From an uncultured virus (IMG/VR IMGVR_UViG_3300032050_000084) (taxonomy: Duplodnaviria; Heunggongvirae; Uroviricota; Caudoviricetes), in the IMG/VR virus record IMGVR_UViG_3300032050_000084: DNA of 64,000 nucleotides; one strand, given 5' to 3'. Below the pieces are notes generated by a model, which did no database searches, was not told the origin of the DNA, and saw nothing but the letters and a program-made list of their open reading frames with translations. Each line of letters opens with the position of its first letter. Within the stretch, counting starts at the first letter, position 1. Below, piece by piece: positions 19,168 through 29,919 of the stretch. The translations under genes and the position numbers were made by a program.

Positions 19168-20544
19168 ATGCCATCCTACTCAGCGCTTAATACGCAAATA
19201 GATGCAGTAAAGTCCGAAATTACTGCTTCTCTTGCTGCAAGCACCTATACTGCTCAAGACTTGGTATATATTGCCAAGACGCTTGAGACACTTGGCAATC
19301 TACTTGGCATTAACGACCTAGTAGCTGCCTCAGCCGATGCTCAAGATGCTTTGAATGATCAACTTGAAGCAATTTTAGACGGAACTGCTCCAGCTAACGT
19401 AGGTAAGTTGTACGTTGGTGCAGAAGCGCAAAGCTTTGAAACTTCAGCCGGTCTTCAAGATCCAGCAATTATTGCAAGTATTGATACTCCAGACTATGCA
19501 CAGATTGCTTTCCAAAATAAGGGTGGAGCAGCAAACTCATCTACAGACTTTATTGCCTACGCTAACAACGGAACTGATGACTCCGGATACATCGACATGG
19601 GTATTACGTCTGGAGCATTTGCAGACCCAGACTTTACTATTACTGGGCCAAACGACGGTTACATATTCTTCGAAGCTCCAAGAGTTTTAACATCGACTGT
19701 TAACGGAAAATCTTTAACAAATAACGTAGCAACCCTTACTACTCCAACCGCACACGGATTCCGTGTTGGTATGCCTGTAGTTATTACTGGTGTAGATGGT
19801 ATTTTTAACGGAACCTACACAATTGCATCTATTCCAACAACAACTAGTTTTACTTATGCTAAAACAAATGGTGACGTAACCTTCTTAGGAGTATCACCTG
19901 CAGGTAATGCAGTGGCCGGTACAACTGGTAAGGGTAACCTTGTATTTGCTACTTCAGATAACGGTACTGAAAATAAGATTATATTTGCTGCTGGCGGTCT
20001 TGCGTCTGACAATACACAGATGGTTATTATTCCAGATCAAACAGTACATGTTGAGATTGCAACACAATCGACATCTACAACCACCGGAGCTCTTGTAGTA
20101 GCTGGTGGTATGGGCGTTACCGGTGACGTAAATATTGGCGGTGACGTAAATATTACGGGTACTATCTCCTTTACTGGTGGTGGCACAACTGTTGAAACTG
20201 AAAATATTTCTATCGTTGCTCCTATGATCTTTACCGCACAGGACAACCCATCAAATCTTCTTGATTTTGCTTTTGTTGGTGAATACAATGTTGGTGGATC
20301 AGACAAGTGGACAGCATTCTCAAAGGATGCGGACACAGGAGTTTGGTCACTAGTATCAAATATCACAACAAAGCCAAGCACAACAATTAACTACTCTCAA
20401 GCTGGACTTGTCTATGACAAGCTTAAGCTAGATCAAATAGTGCTTGTCTCTGCTCCAACTGCAAATGATAATGCAACAACAAAACTATACGTAGATACAC
20501 AACGTGCTCAAAATGAGCTCGCACAAGTTATGGGGATTTTCTAA
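19168..20544 (+). CDS. Putative tail/head fibre protein
   Basis: T.TAHGF.VG..V.I.G beta module, STTTGALVVAGGMG and ATTKLYVD fibre motifs. Confidence 0.65.
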   Translation: MPSYSALNTQIDAVKSEITASLAASTYTAQDLVYIAKTLETLGNLLGINDLVAASADAQDALNDQLEAILDGTAPANVGKLYVGAEAQSFETSAGLQDPAIIASIDTPDYAQIAFQNKGGAANSSTDFIAYANNGTDDSGYIDMGITSGAFADPDFTITGPNDGYIFFEAPRVLTSTVNGKSLTNNVATLTTPTAHGFRVGMPVVITGVDGIFNGTYTIASIPTTTSFTYAKTNGDVTFLGVSPAGNAVAGTTGKGNLVFATSDNGTENKIIFAAGGLASDNTQMVIIPDQTVHVEIATQSTSTTTGALVVAGGMGVTGDVNIGGDVNITGTISFTGGGTTVETENISIVAPMIFTAQDNPSNLLDFAFVGEYNVGGSDKWTAFSKDADTGVWSLVSNITTKPSTTINYSQAGLVYDKLKLDQIVLVSAPTANDNATTKLYVDTQRAQNELAQVMGIF

Positions 20545-20588
20545 CCCACCGGGTAAGAACTAATAGTTACTTAGGAGGTAACAAATAA

Positions 20589-20891
20589 ATGGCAAATACA
20601 GTAAAGAAGCTGTTCCGAGGAAGCGTAGCTACCTCAGCAGCTGACGTATACACAGTTCCTGCAGCAACAACTGCTGTAGTAACTAACATTGTGCTAACTA
20701 ATACAACAGCTAACGTATTAACTGGTACAGTAAAGCTAGCAACACATGAAGTGCTATCCGCAGTAACAGTACCTGCAAATGGTATTTTTGCTCTAGACCT
20801 TAAGCAAGTTCTAGATGCATCAGAAACTATAAATGCTGATGGATCAGCTGCTGGTTTGAAGCTTCACATCTCAGGGATGGAGATTAACTAA
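20589..20891 (+). CDS. Small virion structural protein (paralogue of 28767..29108)
   Basis: YTVPA.TTAVVTNI...N motif and SG.EI ending shared with the paralogue. Confidence 0.65.
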   Translation: MANTVKKLFRGSVATSAADVYTVPAATTAVVTNIVLTNTTANVLTGTVKLATHEVLSAVTVPANGIFALDLKQVLDASETINADGSAAGLKLHISGMEIN

Positions 20892-20893
20892 TC

Positions 20894-23740
20894 ATGGGTG
20901 CACTAGTATATCCTTCAACTTCTGGTCAAGGCGTAGGTGCGTTAACCTATAGCTTTGCTGCTGTTCCTGGAGCCGAATACAACACTACAGAGCTTAATGC
21001 TAGTAGTATTTATGAATTTCGTGCTCAAGAAGAGCCAATTACAGTTGCCATTTATGCGGTAGGAAACTTAACTACTCCTATTGAAACAATTTCTCTTGTA
21101 AAAGGAAAAGCGTTTACACACAATGGAACTATTGCTCGTATCCGTATTCTAACTGCAACTTCTGGTGGAAACACCGCAGGTACTGGTTCTACTCTTTTAA
21201 TTATTAAGTACAGCTCATCTATTCCAGCCCGTACGGGATCTTCTATTGACGGTCTTGGCGAAGTATACGCACATACCGAAAAGTCAACTGACTGGTTTGC
21301 TTACGAAGGTTATGGTATGAATACCTCCCGTAACCCAATGACAGCTCGTCTTGATGGAACTGCAAATACTGCTGCATGGGTGTGCTGGACATATGATTCT
21401 ACAGGAACTGGTGTATATCGCTTCCGTAACACCCCATCTGCAGGTCAAGGTATTGGAACCTCTTCAACAACCTTCTCAGGTATTGCTGGAAACTTCTTCT
21501 ACAAGGCGCTTAATAACACAACTAATACTTGGACTCGTCTTGCAGATATTCCACTTCCCCCACAGTCTACTGAAAATGCAACTACATTTGTTGAGCAACG
21601 TCTTCGTCGTGCAGTAATGTGGGACACAGGAGCAGATATTATTGTTTGGTTCCGATGCAACGACAACCGTACACAGACAATCAACTCAGTTGTTTATACC
21701 TCTGTTGATACCTATCTTTACACATACACAAAAGCCACAGATACTTGGACTTTTATTGGCGCATGGAACCTAGGCGCTACAGGTTACAACTCATATGTTG
21801 ATGGTCCACAGATGTCCTTTACTCACACCATTTCTGGTGTTCGTTATTGGTACAACTGGCAGCAGGAGCGTTCAGGTAACGGCTTTGTTAGGTATAACCT
21901 TTCCAACGGTGTACGAGACACAATCCAAACAGCTACCGATACTTGGCACGAAGGTTCTTATGTAAACAATTACTTCCTTGCTAGCCCAACTCAGGGTATT
22001 GGTAACACTGATGGCGGTACAACTGACTATCAGATTTATGATCCAACTAACAACGTGTGGGCAAAAGTAACGCCCCCATCTCGTACAAACGAGGCATCTA
22101 CTTGGTTCCGTGGCGGTCAAATTTTCCGCTATAGCAACACAGCGTTTGGTGTTATTGGTCGTCGTACCTATACAACTAACGCTACCGCCCCATCCAACAC
22201 AGATCGTTATTGGGGTCGTCGTCTCTATATCTATGACACAGCTACTCAATCTCTTGATCGTTGGCTTGATAAATCAGAAGATATGGGTGACTTCTACCCA
22301 CTAGCAATGCGTCCAGGAAACGATACTTATGGCTCAACCTTTATTTGGCAGCCAGCGGACTCCTCTTGGAATGGTCGTTTCTGGCGCTTCCGCAATAACT
22401 ATGGTGGTTCTGCGTTAACTCGTTATAACCACGATTATGTTGATACTCAAAAGCCTAAAAAAGTTGAGTACATTGGTAACTATCGTCCACGTGGCGAAAT
22501 GGCTGTAGGTTTAAATACAGTTTTTGCTTTCGGCTATCACAGAAACCCATTTGCTGCTCCGGTAACTTACGCAGGCTATAGCGACTGGAACGTCGATTCT
22601 GAAGTAATTGGTGGAAACAGCACGGGAGATACCGTAAGCACATCAACTCGTACAAGACATTCATTTGAGACTTGGGGTGGTGAGATGATTACTACTGCTG
22701 GTGAAGTTTATCCAGTGTTCCAAGAAATCACCATTAATCAAGCTATTTATGACCCTCAGATGCGACGCTACTACGTAACTGGTCTTATGCCATCTCGTCT
22801 TGGAGTTCTATGGAATGATGGTAACTATAACTTTGCTACCTACAACCGTAACCCATGGCGTGCAGTATCGGGAATTCTTGAAGAAGATACTGGAAGATTC
22901 TGGTACCAGGATCAAGGATTTACCGGTGATCAGGGCGGTGATTCACACGACCCAACTATGTGGGATCGTGCCGGACAAACTTCTGGTTTGCAGGATCCAG
23001 GTGAACTAGCTATTTATGCAGCTGGCAGAGCTTACAAACCAGGCGTACACTTCATGCGTCCATACGATGCTAACCAGTACGAGGTATATAACATCTGGAA
23101 TCAGTTTAACCGTCAATACGGTCGTAACTATCGCTGGACAAACTATACTTGGTATAGTTCCTCATACCAAGGTGCTGGTCAAGTCCCACAAGGATATACG
23201 CTAGGGCATGATGCTATCGATAACCGTTATGTACAGGTAGTAAAGTTTGGATCTGGTCGCTTAAACGCCATCAGTATTCCAGAAGGAACTATTTTCTGGG
23301 ATGGACGTACTCTAGTTCAGTATAGCCGTGAACAAGGTGTTTCACCATTTACTGCTACTCAAACTGGATGGCGCCGTCTACACACGACGTCTAGCCCATA
23401 CTGGACCGGTGACACCACCATGCTTCGTGCTCCTCACGTATGGTATGACGGTCGGTATGCAATCTGTGAAAAACCAGATGGAACGGGATATTACGTATTT
23501 GATATGGATAATCTTGCGTCAGAACCAAAAATTATCTCATCTCACATTCCTATGAACTCTCGTTCTACACCCTCATATGTAGGAGCATCGTCTGGAACAA
23601 TAGGAAACAACTGGTCTAACTTCTCCTACAACAAGGCTTGCCTTGGTGGAGTAGAAATTATTGCCGGTGGTTCTGAAGCAGATGGTGTACGTACTTGGAG
23701 AAATACCGCATACTTTTTAGTGAGAGCGAAGGAAGTGTAA
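20894..23740 (+). CDS. Large aromatic-rich beta-propeller-like protein (possible receptor-binding)
   Basis: 948 aa; Kelch-like YDPTNNVW, TNTWTRLADIP, ATDTWT repeats. Confidence 0.55.
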   Translation: MGALVYPSTSGQGVGALTYSFAAVPGAEYNTTELNASSIYEFRAQEEPITVAIYAVGNLTTPIETISLVKGKAFTHNGTIARIRILTATSGGNTAGTGSTLLIIKYSSSIPARTGSSIDGLGEVYAHTEKSTDWFAYEGYGMNTSRNPMTARLDGTANTAAWVCWTYDSTGTGVYRFRNTPSAGQGIGTSSTTFSGIAGNFFYKALNNTTNTWTRLADIPLPPQSTENATTFVEQRLRRAVMWDTGADIIVWFRCNDNRTQTINSVVYTSVDTYLYTYTKATDTWTFIGAWNLGATGYNSYVDGPQMSFTHTISGVRYWYNWQQERSGNGFVRYNLSNGVRDTIQTATDTWHEGSYVNNYFLASPTQGIGNTDGGTTDYQIYDPTNNVWAKVTPPSRTNEASTWFRGGQIFRYSNTAFGVIGRRTYTTNATAPSNTDRYWGRRLYIYDTATQSLDRWLDKSEDMGDFYPLAMRPGNDTYGSTFIWQPADSSWNGRFWRFRNNYGGSALTRYNHDYVDTQKPKKVEYIGNYRPRGEMAVGLNTVFAFGYHRNPFAAPVTYAGYSDWNVDSEVIGGNSTGDTVSTSTRTRHSFETWGGEMITTAGEVYPVFQEITINQAIYDPQMRRYYVTGLMPSRLGVLWNDGNYNFATYNRNPWRAVSGILEEDTGRFWYQDQGFTGDQGGDSHDPTMWDRAGQTSGLQDPGELAIYAAGRAYKPGVHFMRPYDANQYEVYNIWNQFNRQYGRNYRWTNYTWYSSSYQGAGQVPQGYTLGHDAIDNRYVQVVKFGSGRLNAISIPEGTIFWDGRTLVQYSREQGVSPFTATQTGWRRLHTTSSPYWTGDTTMLRAPHVWYDGRYAICEKPDGTGYYVFDMDNLASEPKIISSHIPMNSRSTPSYVGASSGTIGNNWSNFSYNKACLGGVEIIAGGSEADGVRTWRNTAYFLVRAKEV

Positions 23741-23743
23741 TAA

Positions 23744-24028
23744 ATGGCTAAAACTATTGACGTTACAAATAAAGTTGTAACTATTAAAACAGAAGAAGGT
23801 GGAGTTTATTTAACTCAAACCTTTGATCCAAGAGAAGAAGGGTTCACACCCTTTGAATCTAACGCAGATGCTCAAGCCTGGGCAGAAGCTTGGGTAGCAG
23901 CTGATGAGGCCGAACTAGTAGCCCGCGCTGAAGAAGAGGCAGCTAAAAAAGCTGCTTTTGAAGCGGATCAGGCTAAGCTTCTTGAAGAAGCAACTGCAGA
24001 GGTGCCTTCAGATCAGCTGGAGTCTTAA
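23744..24028 (+). CDS. Hypothetical protein
   Basis: 94 aa with AAGGAAG SD. Confidence 0.65.
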   Translation: MAKTIDVTNKVVTIKTEEGGVYLTQTFDPREEGFTPFESNADAQAWAEAWVAADEAELVARAEEEAAKKAAFEADQAKLLEEATAEVPSDQLES

Positions 24029-24042
24029 AAAGTACTGATAGG

Positions 24043-24076
24043 ATAGGCGGGTCTATATGACCCGCCTATTTTATTT
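24043..24076 (+). terminator. Intrinsic terminator
   Basis: ATAGGCGGGTC-TATAT-GACCCGCCTAT followed by TTTATTT. Confidence 0.8.
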
Positions 24077-24086
24077 GGAGCGCTAA

Positions 24087-24758
24087 ATGAAGAAAGTACT
24101 GATTGCTACAAGTTCTCCCACACCATTTTCCTCTATTTTTTATGCAAAAGCTTTAGCGGAAACTTATGCTAAGGGTATAGAAAACTCCATAGAGTTTGAA
24201 TTTTTTTGGTCACCAAATGCCGAAGTGTATAGAAATGAAGCGGTAGAGTATCTATTTGAGAATAAATTTGATACATTAGTTCTTATAGAGCCCCATATTC
24301 AATGGGTTGCGGATCATCTAATATCTATGATTAAAAATGACTCTCTTGTAGAAGCCGTACCTACTAAAAATTTTTATTCGCCAAACGATGAATATAACGT
24401 AGTTTTAAACCCAATTAATGTAGATTCAGAAATAACCGCTAAGTTTATAGATTTTGATTTTGCTAAAATTGAAAAAGAAGTATTTACTCGTATAAAAGAC
24501 TTTGTATTGACCGTTAATTTTCAAGATAATGATAAAACTTTAAATCAAACCACCATGTATTGGTATGCAACTTCTGGTGAATATGGTCCAAAATCACAAG
24601 ATATAAACTTTTGTGAGGCTCTTGATAAAGCAGAGATACCTATAGTGGTACCAGTAGACCCATCTATTTGGGAACATATGTGGTCTCCGTATAAAACGCA
24701 TTTAGGCAAACAATTAGTTCGTAATTTTGTAGAAAAAGGGTTTCAAGAAGTTGAGTAG
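24087..24758 (+). CDS. Divergent GT-A fold glycosyltransferase-like protein
   Basis: KKVLIAT, RN.AV..F....FD.L..I and SQDINFC echo phage GT2 proteins; DxD degenerate (IEPH). Confidence 0.5.
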   Translation: MKKVLIATSSPTPFSSIFYAKALAETYAKGIENSIEFEFFWSPNAEVYRNEAVEYLFENKFDTLVLIEPHIQWVADHLISMIKNDSLVEAVPTKNFYSPNDEYNVVLNPINVDSEITAKFIDFDFAKIEKEVFTRIKDFVLTVNFQDNDKTLNQTTMYWYATSGEYGPKSQDINFCEALDKAEIPIVVPVDPSIWEHMWSPYKTHLGKQLVRNFVEKGFQEVE

Positions 24759-25284
24759 ATTTTATAGTGAGGCAGGACAAGACCTATTTGCCTTAACCAT
24801 TTCTGACTTTAAAGAAAACGGTACCTATTTAGAGGTGGGTGCTGGACATTCTAGGACTATGTCTAATACGTTTCTTTTAGAAAAAGATTACGGCTGGAAA
24901 GGCCTATCCATAGAGAAGTATGAAAAACGAGTGTATGAATTTAACTCTAATCGATCTAATGAGTGCATAAAGGCGGACGCCCTTACGCTTAACTATCAAG
25001 AGTTATTAGATAGTAAAGGGTTTCCTAAGGAAATAGATTACCTATCTTTGGATATAGAGCCGGCTCCTCAAACCTTACAGGCCTTAAAAATGCTGTTAGC
25101 TACCGACTACATATTTAAGGCAGTTACTTTTGAGCACGATCTATACGTTATGAAAGCAAATGATGCGGTTAAAAAAGAGTCTCACGCATTATTTTTAAGT
25201 GCTGGATACTCTCTCTATAAAGAGAACGTGTGTATAAATAACAACCCAAAAAGAGTCTTTGAGGACTGGTGGGTTTACATTTAG
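24751..25284 (+). CDS. FkbM-family SAM-dependent methyltransferase
   Basis: SEAGQD, GTYLEVGAG, SNTFLLE...WKG, IDYLSLDIE, FEHD, EDWW motifs. Confidence 0.8.
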   Translation: MSRFYSEAGQDLFALTISDFKENGTYLEVGAGHSRTMSNTFLLEKDYGWKGLSIEKYEKRVYEFNSNRSNECIKADALTLNYQELLDSKGFPKEIDYLSLDIEPAPQTLQALKMLLATDYIFKAVTFEHDLYVMKANDAVKKESHALFLSAGYSLYKENVCINNNPKRVFEDWWVYI

Positions 25285-25323
25285 GCTAAAAAAACTGTCT
25301 AAATAACCCTATACTGTCTTACT

Positions 25324-25689
25324 ATGGCCATAGATTTTCCAGACTCCCCCGTTCTTGATCAACAGTTCACTGTTGGTGAGACGACCTGGTATTGGAACGG
25401 CTCTGTTTGGCGCCTTCTTATTTCAGAAGGTGTTCAAGGAGATTTAGGACCTACAGGACCAGTCGGGCCGACAGGACCAACAGGACCTGGTATAACTGGT
25501 CCTACAGGACCGACAGGACCTGGAGTAACAGGACCTACAGGACCGACAGGGCCTGTATCAACTCAGCCTGGACCTACGGGAGCTACAGGACCTACAGGTC
25601 CAGAAAATGACAACGTAGATGGTGGAGCACCAAATAGCGTTTATGGCGGCGGTATTACTCTTAACGGCGGAAATGTACTAGGAGTTTAA
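25324..25689 (+). CDS. Short collagen-like virion protein
   Basis: MAIDFP.SP...W.WNGSVW N-terminus, GPT repeats, VDGG. Confidence 0.75.
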   Translation: MAIDFPDSPVLDQQFTVGETTWYWNGSVWRLLISEGVQGDLGPTGPVGPTGPTGPGITGPTGPTGPGVTGPTGPTGPVSTQPGPTGATGPTGPENDNVDGGAPNSVYGGGITLNGGNVLGV

Positions 25690-27582
25690 ATGGCAGTAAA
25701 GATTCAGTTTAGACGAGGCACTGCCTCCGAGTGGAACCTCAATAACCCAATTCTTTCACAAGGTGAAGCTGGTTGGGAAACTGATACCGGTCGCTTTAAA
25801 GTTGGTAATGGTTTAACTCCTTGGAACTCTCTTGCATATTCTTCAGGTGTTACAGGACCTACGGGATCAACACCAACAGTTTCTGTTGGTACAACAACTA
25901 CTCTTAATCCTGGATCAAATGCAACAGTAGCAAACAGTGGAACTTCTACCGCTGCAGTTTTAAATTTTGGTATTCCTATTGGTGCAACTGGACCACAAGG
26001 TGCACTTGGTCCTACAGGACCTACAGGACCTACTGGTGCGCAGGGTATAACTGGACCAACAGGTGCAGCCTCACAAGTTACTGGTCCTACAGGCCCAACT
26101 GGTCCAACAGGAGCACAAGGTGTTACCGGCCCTACTGGCGCTGATTCACAAGTTACGGGACCAACAGGTCCTACTGGACCGCAAGGAGCTCAGGGCGTTC
26201 CTATAACTCTTAAAGGAAGTGTTGCAACTGTTGCCGCACTACCATCTACAGGTAACGTACTAAATGACGCTTATATAGTTGATGAGAACGGAGATATATA
26301 CGTCTGGGACGGCTCACAGTGGTATAGCGCAGGACAGATTGTAGGAGCAACTGGCCCAACTGGTCCACAAGGAATTCAAGGTGTTACTGGACCTCAAGGA
26401 GATCTAGGGCCTACTGGACCTTCAGGGGTAATTTCAGTAACTGGTCCTATTACAAATACTGGAACAGCAATAGCTGCAGTATTAGGTCTTGACCAAAGCT
26501 TAATTGAAACAGAAAATATTACTTGGGAAGTTTACAACACCGAAGAAGATCTACCAAGCGCAACCCTTAAACACGGCATGTTTGCACATGTTCACGGCAC
26601 TGGGTATTCATATTATGCCCATGCTGGTTCTTGGGTTAAACTAGCTAAAGATTCTGACCCTAGGTTTATAGATACTCGTACTCCTACAGACGGAACAGTC
26701 ACAACTGCAAAAATTGTGGATGCAAATGTAACTAATGTTAAGCTTGAAAATAGCAGCCTTACTATTGGGTCTACTCTTGTTTCTCTTGGAGGAACAGCAA
26801 GTACTGTTGCTGGTCTTACGCTTACTTCGCCAACAATTAGCACTATCAGCAATACCGGAACCCTTACCCTACCAACTAGTACAACTACACTGTTAGGTAC
26901 GCACCAGTACACGGCAAAGGGAGATCTTCTTGCTGGAACTGCAGCTGGAACAGTGGGTATTTTATCTGCTGGAACAAATGGGTATGCTCTTACGACTAAC
27001 TCCTCAACTGCAACAGGGTTAGAATGGCTTAGCGTTGTTCCCGCTTCTTATGCCGTTTCCAACCTAAACCAGTCTGCGTCTGCTGTAGACGTATACCCTA
27101 GAATAGGAAACTCAAGCGCTGCCCTAACAAACGGCACCACATACCTATCGTTTTTCACACCGCTGTCAAACATAACAATTTCATCATTAACTGTAGTGTC
27201 TGCTAATACCGGCGCTTCCGGAACTACTCTTGCTCGTTTGGGGCTTTATACGTTTGATGGTACTACAGCTACTTTGGTAGCCAGAACTGCGTCTGACGTA
27301 ACATTGTTTGGAACTACAAATACTTTGTATAACCGGTCTTTTGACATCGTTGGTGGGTATCCCGCAAACTACACATTGCAGGCTGGACAAAGATACGCTT
27401 TAGGTATTATTTGGGTTGGGTCTACTTCCCCCACCGTCTACACTGCCTATAACTCTGTGCCCGGAATTATTAGCTCCTTATCCCCAAGAATTTCTGGAAC
27501 CGTGCCTCTTCAATCAGATTTACCACTTACATCCAATTCACTTAGCGCTACAACCGTAGCACCGTGGGGACGACTATCATGA
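25690..27582 (+). CDS. Tail fibre with Mtd_N/hyaluronidase-N-like anchor and collagen repeats
   Basis: [11 protein letters not shown]...[21 protein letters not shown]-terminus; GPT tracts. Confidence 0.8.
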   Translation: MAVKIQFRRGTASEWNLNNPILSQGEAGWETDTGRFKVGNGLTPWNSLAYSSGVTGPTGSTPTVSVGTTTTLNPGSNATVANSGTSTAAVLNFGIPIGATGPQGALGPTGPTGPTGAQGITGPTGAASQVTGPTGPTGPTGAQGVTGPTGADSQVTGPTGPTGPQGAQGVPITLKGSVATVAALPSTGNVLNDAYIVDENGDIYVWDGSQWYSAGQIVGATGPTGPQGIQGVTGPQGDLGPTGPSGVISVTGPITNTGTAIAAVLGLDQSLIETENITWEVYNTEEDLPSATLKHGMFAHVHGTGYSYYAHAGSWVKLAKDSDPRFIDTRTPTDGTVTTAKIVDANVTNVKLENSSLTIGSTLVSLGGTASTVAGLTLTSPTISTISNTGTLTLPTSTTTLLGTHQYTAKGDLLAGTAAGTVGILSAGTNGYALTTNSSTATGLEWLSVVPASYAVSNLNQSASAVDVYPRIGNSSAALTNGTTYLSFFTPLSNITISSLTVVSANTGASGTTLARLGLYTFDGTTATLVARTASDVTLFGTTNTLYNRSFDIVGGYPANYTLQAGQRYALGIIWVGSTSPTVYTAYNSVPGIISSLSPRISGTVPLQSDLPLTSNSLSATTVAPWGRLS

Positions 27583-27692
27583 CAACTAGAGTAAGCTTAG
27601 GCATTGACCCAGAAACAGGGGCTGAAAAATTTGAAGTCAGAGATGATAACGATAAGGTTATCGGATACGATTTGGTTTTTCCAGAAGAATAA
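27579..27692 (+). CDS. 37 aa protein coupled to the fibre gene (not in track)
   Basis: ATGA overlap, [44 protein letters not shown]. Confidence 0.5.
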   Translation: MTTRVSLGIDPETGAEKFEVRDDNDKVIGYDLVFPEE

Positions 27693-27709
27693 TATGACTG
27701 CGAGGGCGT

Positions 27710-28813
27710 ATGAAAATAGCCGTATATACAATAGCTTTAAACGAAGAGCACTTTGTAAAGAGGTGGTATGAATCCGCAAAAGAAGCAGATTATCTCCTTA
27801 TTGCTGATACTGGCTCTAGCGATGGCACCGTTGATCTTGGTCGGTCTCTTGGCATAAGCGTAATTCCTATCTCCATAAAACCTTGGAGATTTGATGATGC
27901 TAGAAACGCTTCGCTTTCATTAATTCCAGACGATATAGATTTCTGCATAGCCTTAGACATGGATGAAGTGTTGGTGTCCGGTTGGCGTAAATACTTGGAC
28001 AACATTTCAAAAGAAACAACCCGCCCTAGATATAAATATACTTGGAGTTGGAATCCGGATGGGTCGCCAGGATTAGAATACGGTGGAGATAAAATTCACG
28101 CTAGACATGGATATCGTTGGAAACATCCTGTACACGAAGTGTTGACTGCAGACCGCATAGACGAAGTACAGACTTGGATAGGATTAGAAATTCAGCACTA
28201 TCCGGATAATGAAAAACCCAGATCACAATATTTTCCACTATTAGCTCAATCAGTAAAAGAAGACCCATATGACGATAGAAATGCTTTTTATTATGCTAGA
28301 GAGTTATTTTTCTATGGACAATTTGAAGAGGCTATCGCTGAGTTTAAAAGGCACCTAAGTCTTCCAAAAGCAGTGTGGAGACCAGAACGTGCGGCATCTA
28401 TGCGCTATATTGCAAAAATGTCAGAAAACTCTGATGAGCGAGAGCAGTGGTTGCTTAAAGCCCATAATGAAGATCCCGGAAGACGGGAAGCGTTAGTAGA
28501 GCTAGCGCAGTATTACTATGAGAGAAGTATGTGGACGGCCTGCTATCAAGCAGCAACTAAGGCCATAGATATTGAGGCTAAGCCTTTGGACTATCTATGT
28601 GAAGAATTTGCCTGGGGATCGGCCCCCTGGGACTATGCAGCCATCTCCTATTACAACCTAGGAGATTTTGATAAAGCCGTTAAATATGGAGCTAAGGCCG
28701 TAGAATTGAACCCAAATGACCAACGCCTTACAGCTAATCTAGCGTTTTATTCGAAGGAGCAATCCCTTGGCAACAACATACAAGATCCTAGGGCAAGTAG
28801 CCCCGGCAGCTAA
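27710..28813 (+). CDS. GT2 glycosyltransferase with C-terminal TPR repeats
   Basis: IALNEE, IADTGSSDGT, FDDARN, LDMDE, VHE motifs; TPR-like helices. Confidence 0.88.
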   Translation: MKIAVYTIALNEEHFVKRWYESAKEADYLLIADTGSSDGTVDLGRSLGISVIPISIKPWRFDDARNASLSLIPDDIDFCIALDMDEVLVSGWRKYLDNISKETTRPRYKYTWSWNPDGSPGLEYGGDKIHARHGYRWKHPVHEVLTADRIDEVQTWIGLEIQHYPDNEKPRSQYFPLLAQSVKEDPYDDRNAFYYARELFFYGQFEEAIAEFKRHLSLPKAVWRPERAASMRYIAKMSENSDEREQWLLKAHNEDPGRREALVELAQYYYERSMWTACYQAATKAIDIEAKPLDYLCEEFAWGSAPWDYAAISYYNLGDFDKAVKYGAKAVELNPNDQRLTANLAFYSKEQSLGNNIQDPRASSPGS

Positions 28814-29108
28814 CGTATCTGGAGGTAGTCAGCTATACGCAGTACCTTCAACCGCAGGTAGTGCGGCTGTCGTATCCACCATCGTAATCTGCAACCGAGG
28901 TACGTCTGCTGCAACCTACCGCATCGCTATTCGTGAGGATAACGCTGCCTTAGATAATAAGCAGTATCTTGCTTATGACACCTCTGTACCAGCTAACACT
29001 ACAACCACGTTTACTCTGGGAGTTACACTATCTGCTTCAGATACCATTACTGTAGTAGCTTCTACAGCTAACTTAACATTCCAGGCATTCGGTTCTGAGG
29101 TAGCGTAA
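28767..29108 (+). CDS. Small virion structural protein
   Basis: AAGGAG SD + TTG; YKILGQ.AP, LYAVP..VVSTIVICN, FGSEV. Confidence 0.7.
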   Translation: MATTYKILGQVAPAANVSGGSQLYAVPSTAGSAAVVSTIVICNRGTSAATYRIAIREDNAALDNKQYLAYDTSVPANTTTTFTLGVTLSASDTITVVASTANLTFQAFGSEVA

Positions 29109-29110
29109 CC

Positions 29111-29683
29111 ATGGCTATTCAGAATAATGGTCAACCCCAGACAGGAATCGTATTTACTGACGATAAGCCGGGTCGTAGAGTATTTATAGGACCAAACACT
29201 CCCTCGGGAATTGTTGAAGGCGACATCTGGTTAGATGCTGATGCTTTTAATAATGCTGGAAAAAACTTTATTTCCGGAGTATCCCTATTAGGTTCTTCTG
29301 CAAACGTTTCAATATCTTTTACTGCATATAAAGATGTGTATGTAGTTTTTAGAAACTTGGCAGTATCTTCTAACGGAAATATAACCTTTACTCTAAATGG
29401 AAATACCACAGACTATGCCCCTACAGCCTCGTCTTTATTCTCTTTAGCAAACGTAAAAACCGGCATCACTACAAACCATTTTGAATTAGAAATCCCAGAC
29501 GTGGTAACTACAGATTTATTTCGTTGGGCATCTTTGACGGGGGTGTACACAAACGCTTCTGATGTAGTTACCGTAGTAGATTCTACATCAGCATTTAAAA
29601 ATACTGCTGCACTTACTACTTTAACCTTAACAGCCTCTAGCGGAACTTTAAGTGGTACCGCATTAGTCTATGGAGTAAATTAA
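29111..29683 (+). CDS. Hypothetical virion/fibre protein
   Basis: EGDIWLD motif; beta-rich; ends LVYGVN. Confidence 0.6.
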   Translation: MAIQNNGQPQTGIVFTDDKPGRRVFIGPNTPSGIVEGDIWLDADAFNNAGKNFISGVSLLGSSANVSISFTAYKDVYVVFRNLAVSSNGNITFTLNGNTTDYAPTASSLFSLANVKTGITTNHFELEIPDVVTTDLFRWASLTGVYTNASDVVTVVDSTSAFKNTAALTTLTLTASSGTLSGTALVYGVN

Positions 29684-29919
29684 TGGCAATTAGAAGATAT
29701 AACGCAAATACCGGACAGTGGGAACAATTTGGTAGTCCACAACTAAACCCAGCTAGCTTAGGAATTACTCCGGCATCAATTGGCGCAGTTGCTGTAAATA
29801 ACGGAACAGTTACTACAGCTAATCCTGGACAAGCTGCTGTTAGAAATACATTCGTCTCTACTAACGCCCCATCATCTGGGCAAGGTAACGACGGAGATCT
29901 CTGGGTGCAGTATATCTAA
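29683..29919 (+). CDS. Small fibre-associated protein
   Basis: Coupled start; STNAPSSGQGNDGDLWVQY motif. Confidence 0.65.
   Translation: MAIRRYNANTGQWEQFGSPQLNPASLGITPASIGAVAVNNGTVTTANPGQAAVRNTFVSTNAPSSGQGNDGDLWVQYI

Noticed and set aside
19112..19168. 18-codon ORF before the fibre gene
   Set aside because: It overlaps a TATACT promoter-like hexamer and the next SD; most likely a chance ORF in a regulatory spacer.
25690..27582. Diversity-generating retroelement suggested by the Mtd_N-like domain
   Set aside because: No reverse transcriptase or TR/VR repeat pair is visible in the window; this N-terminal anchor is common in ordinary fibres.
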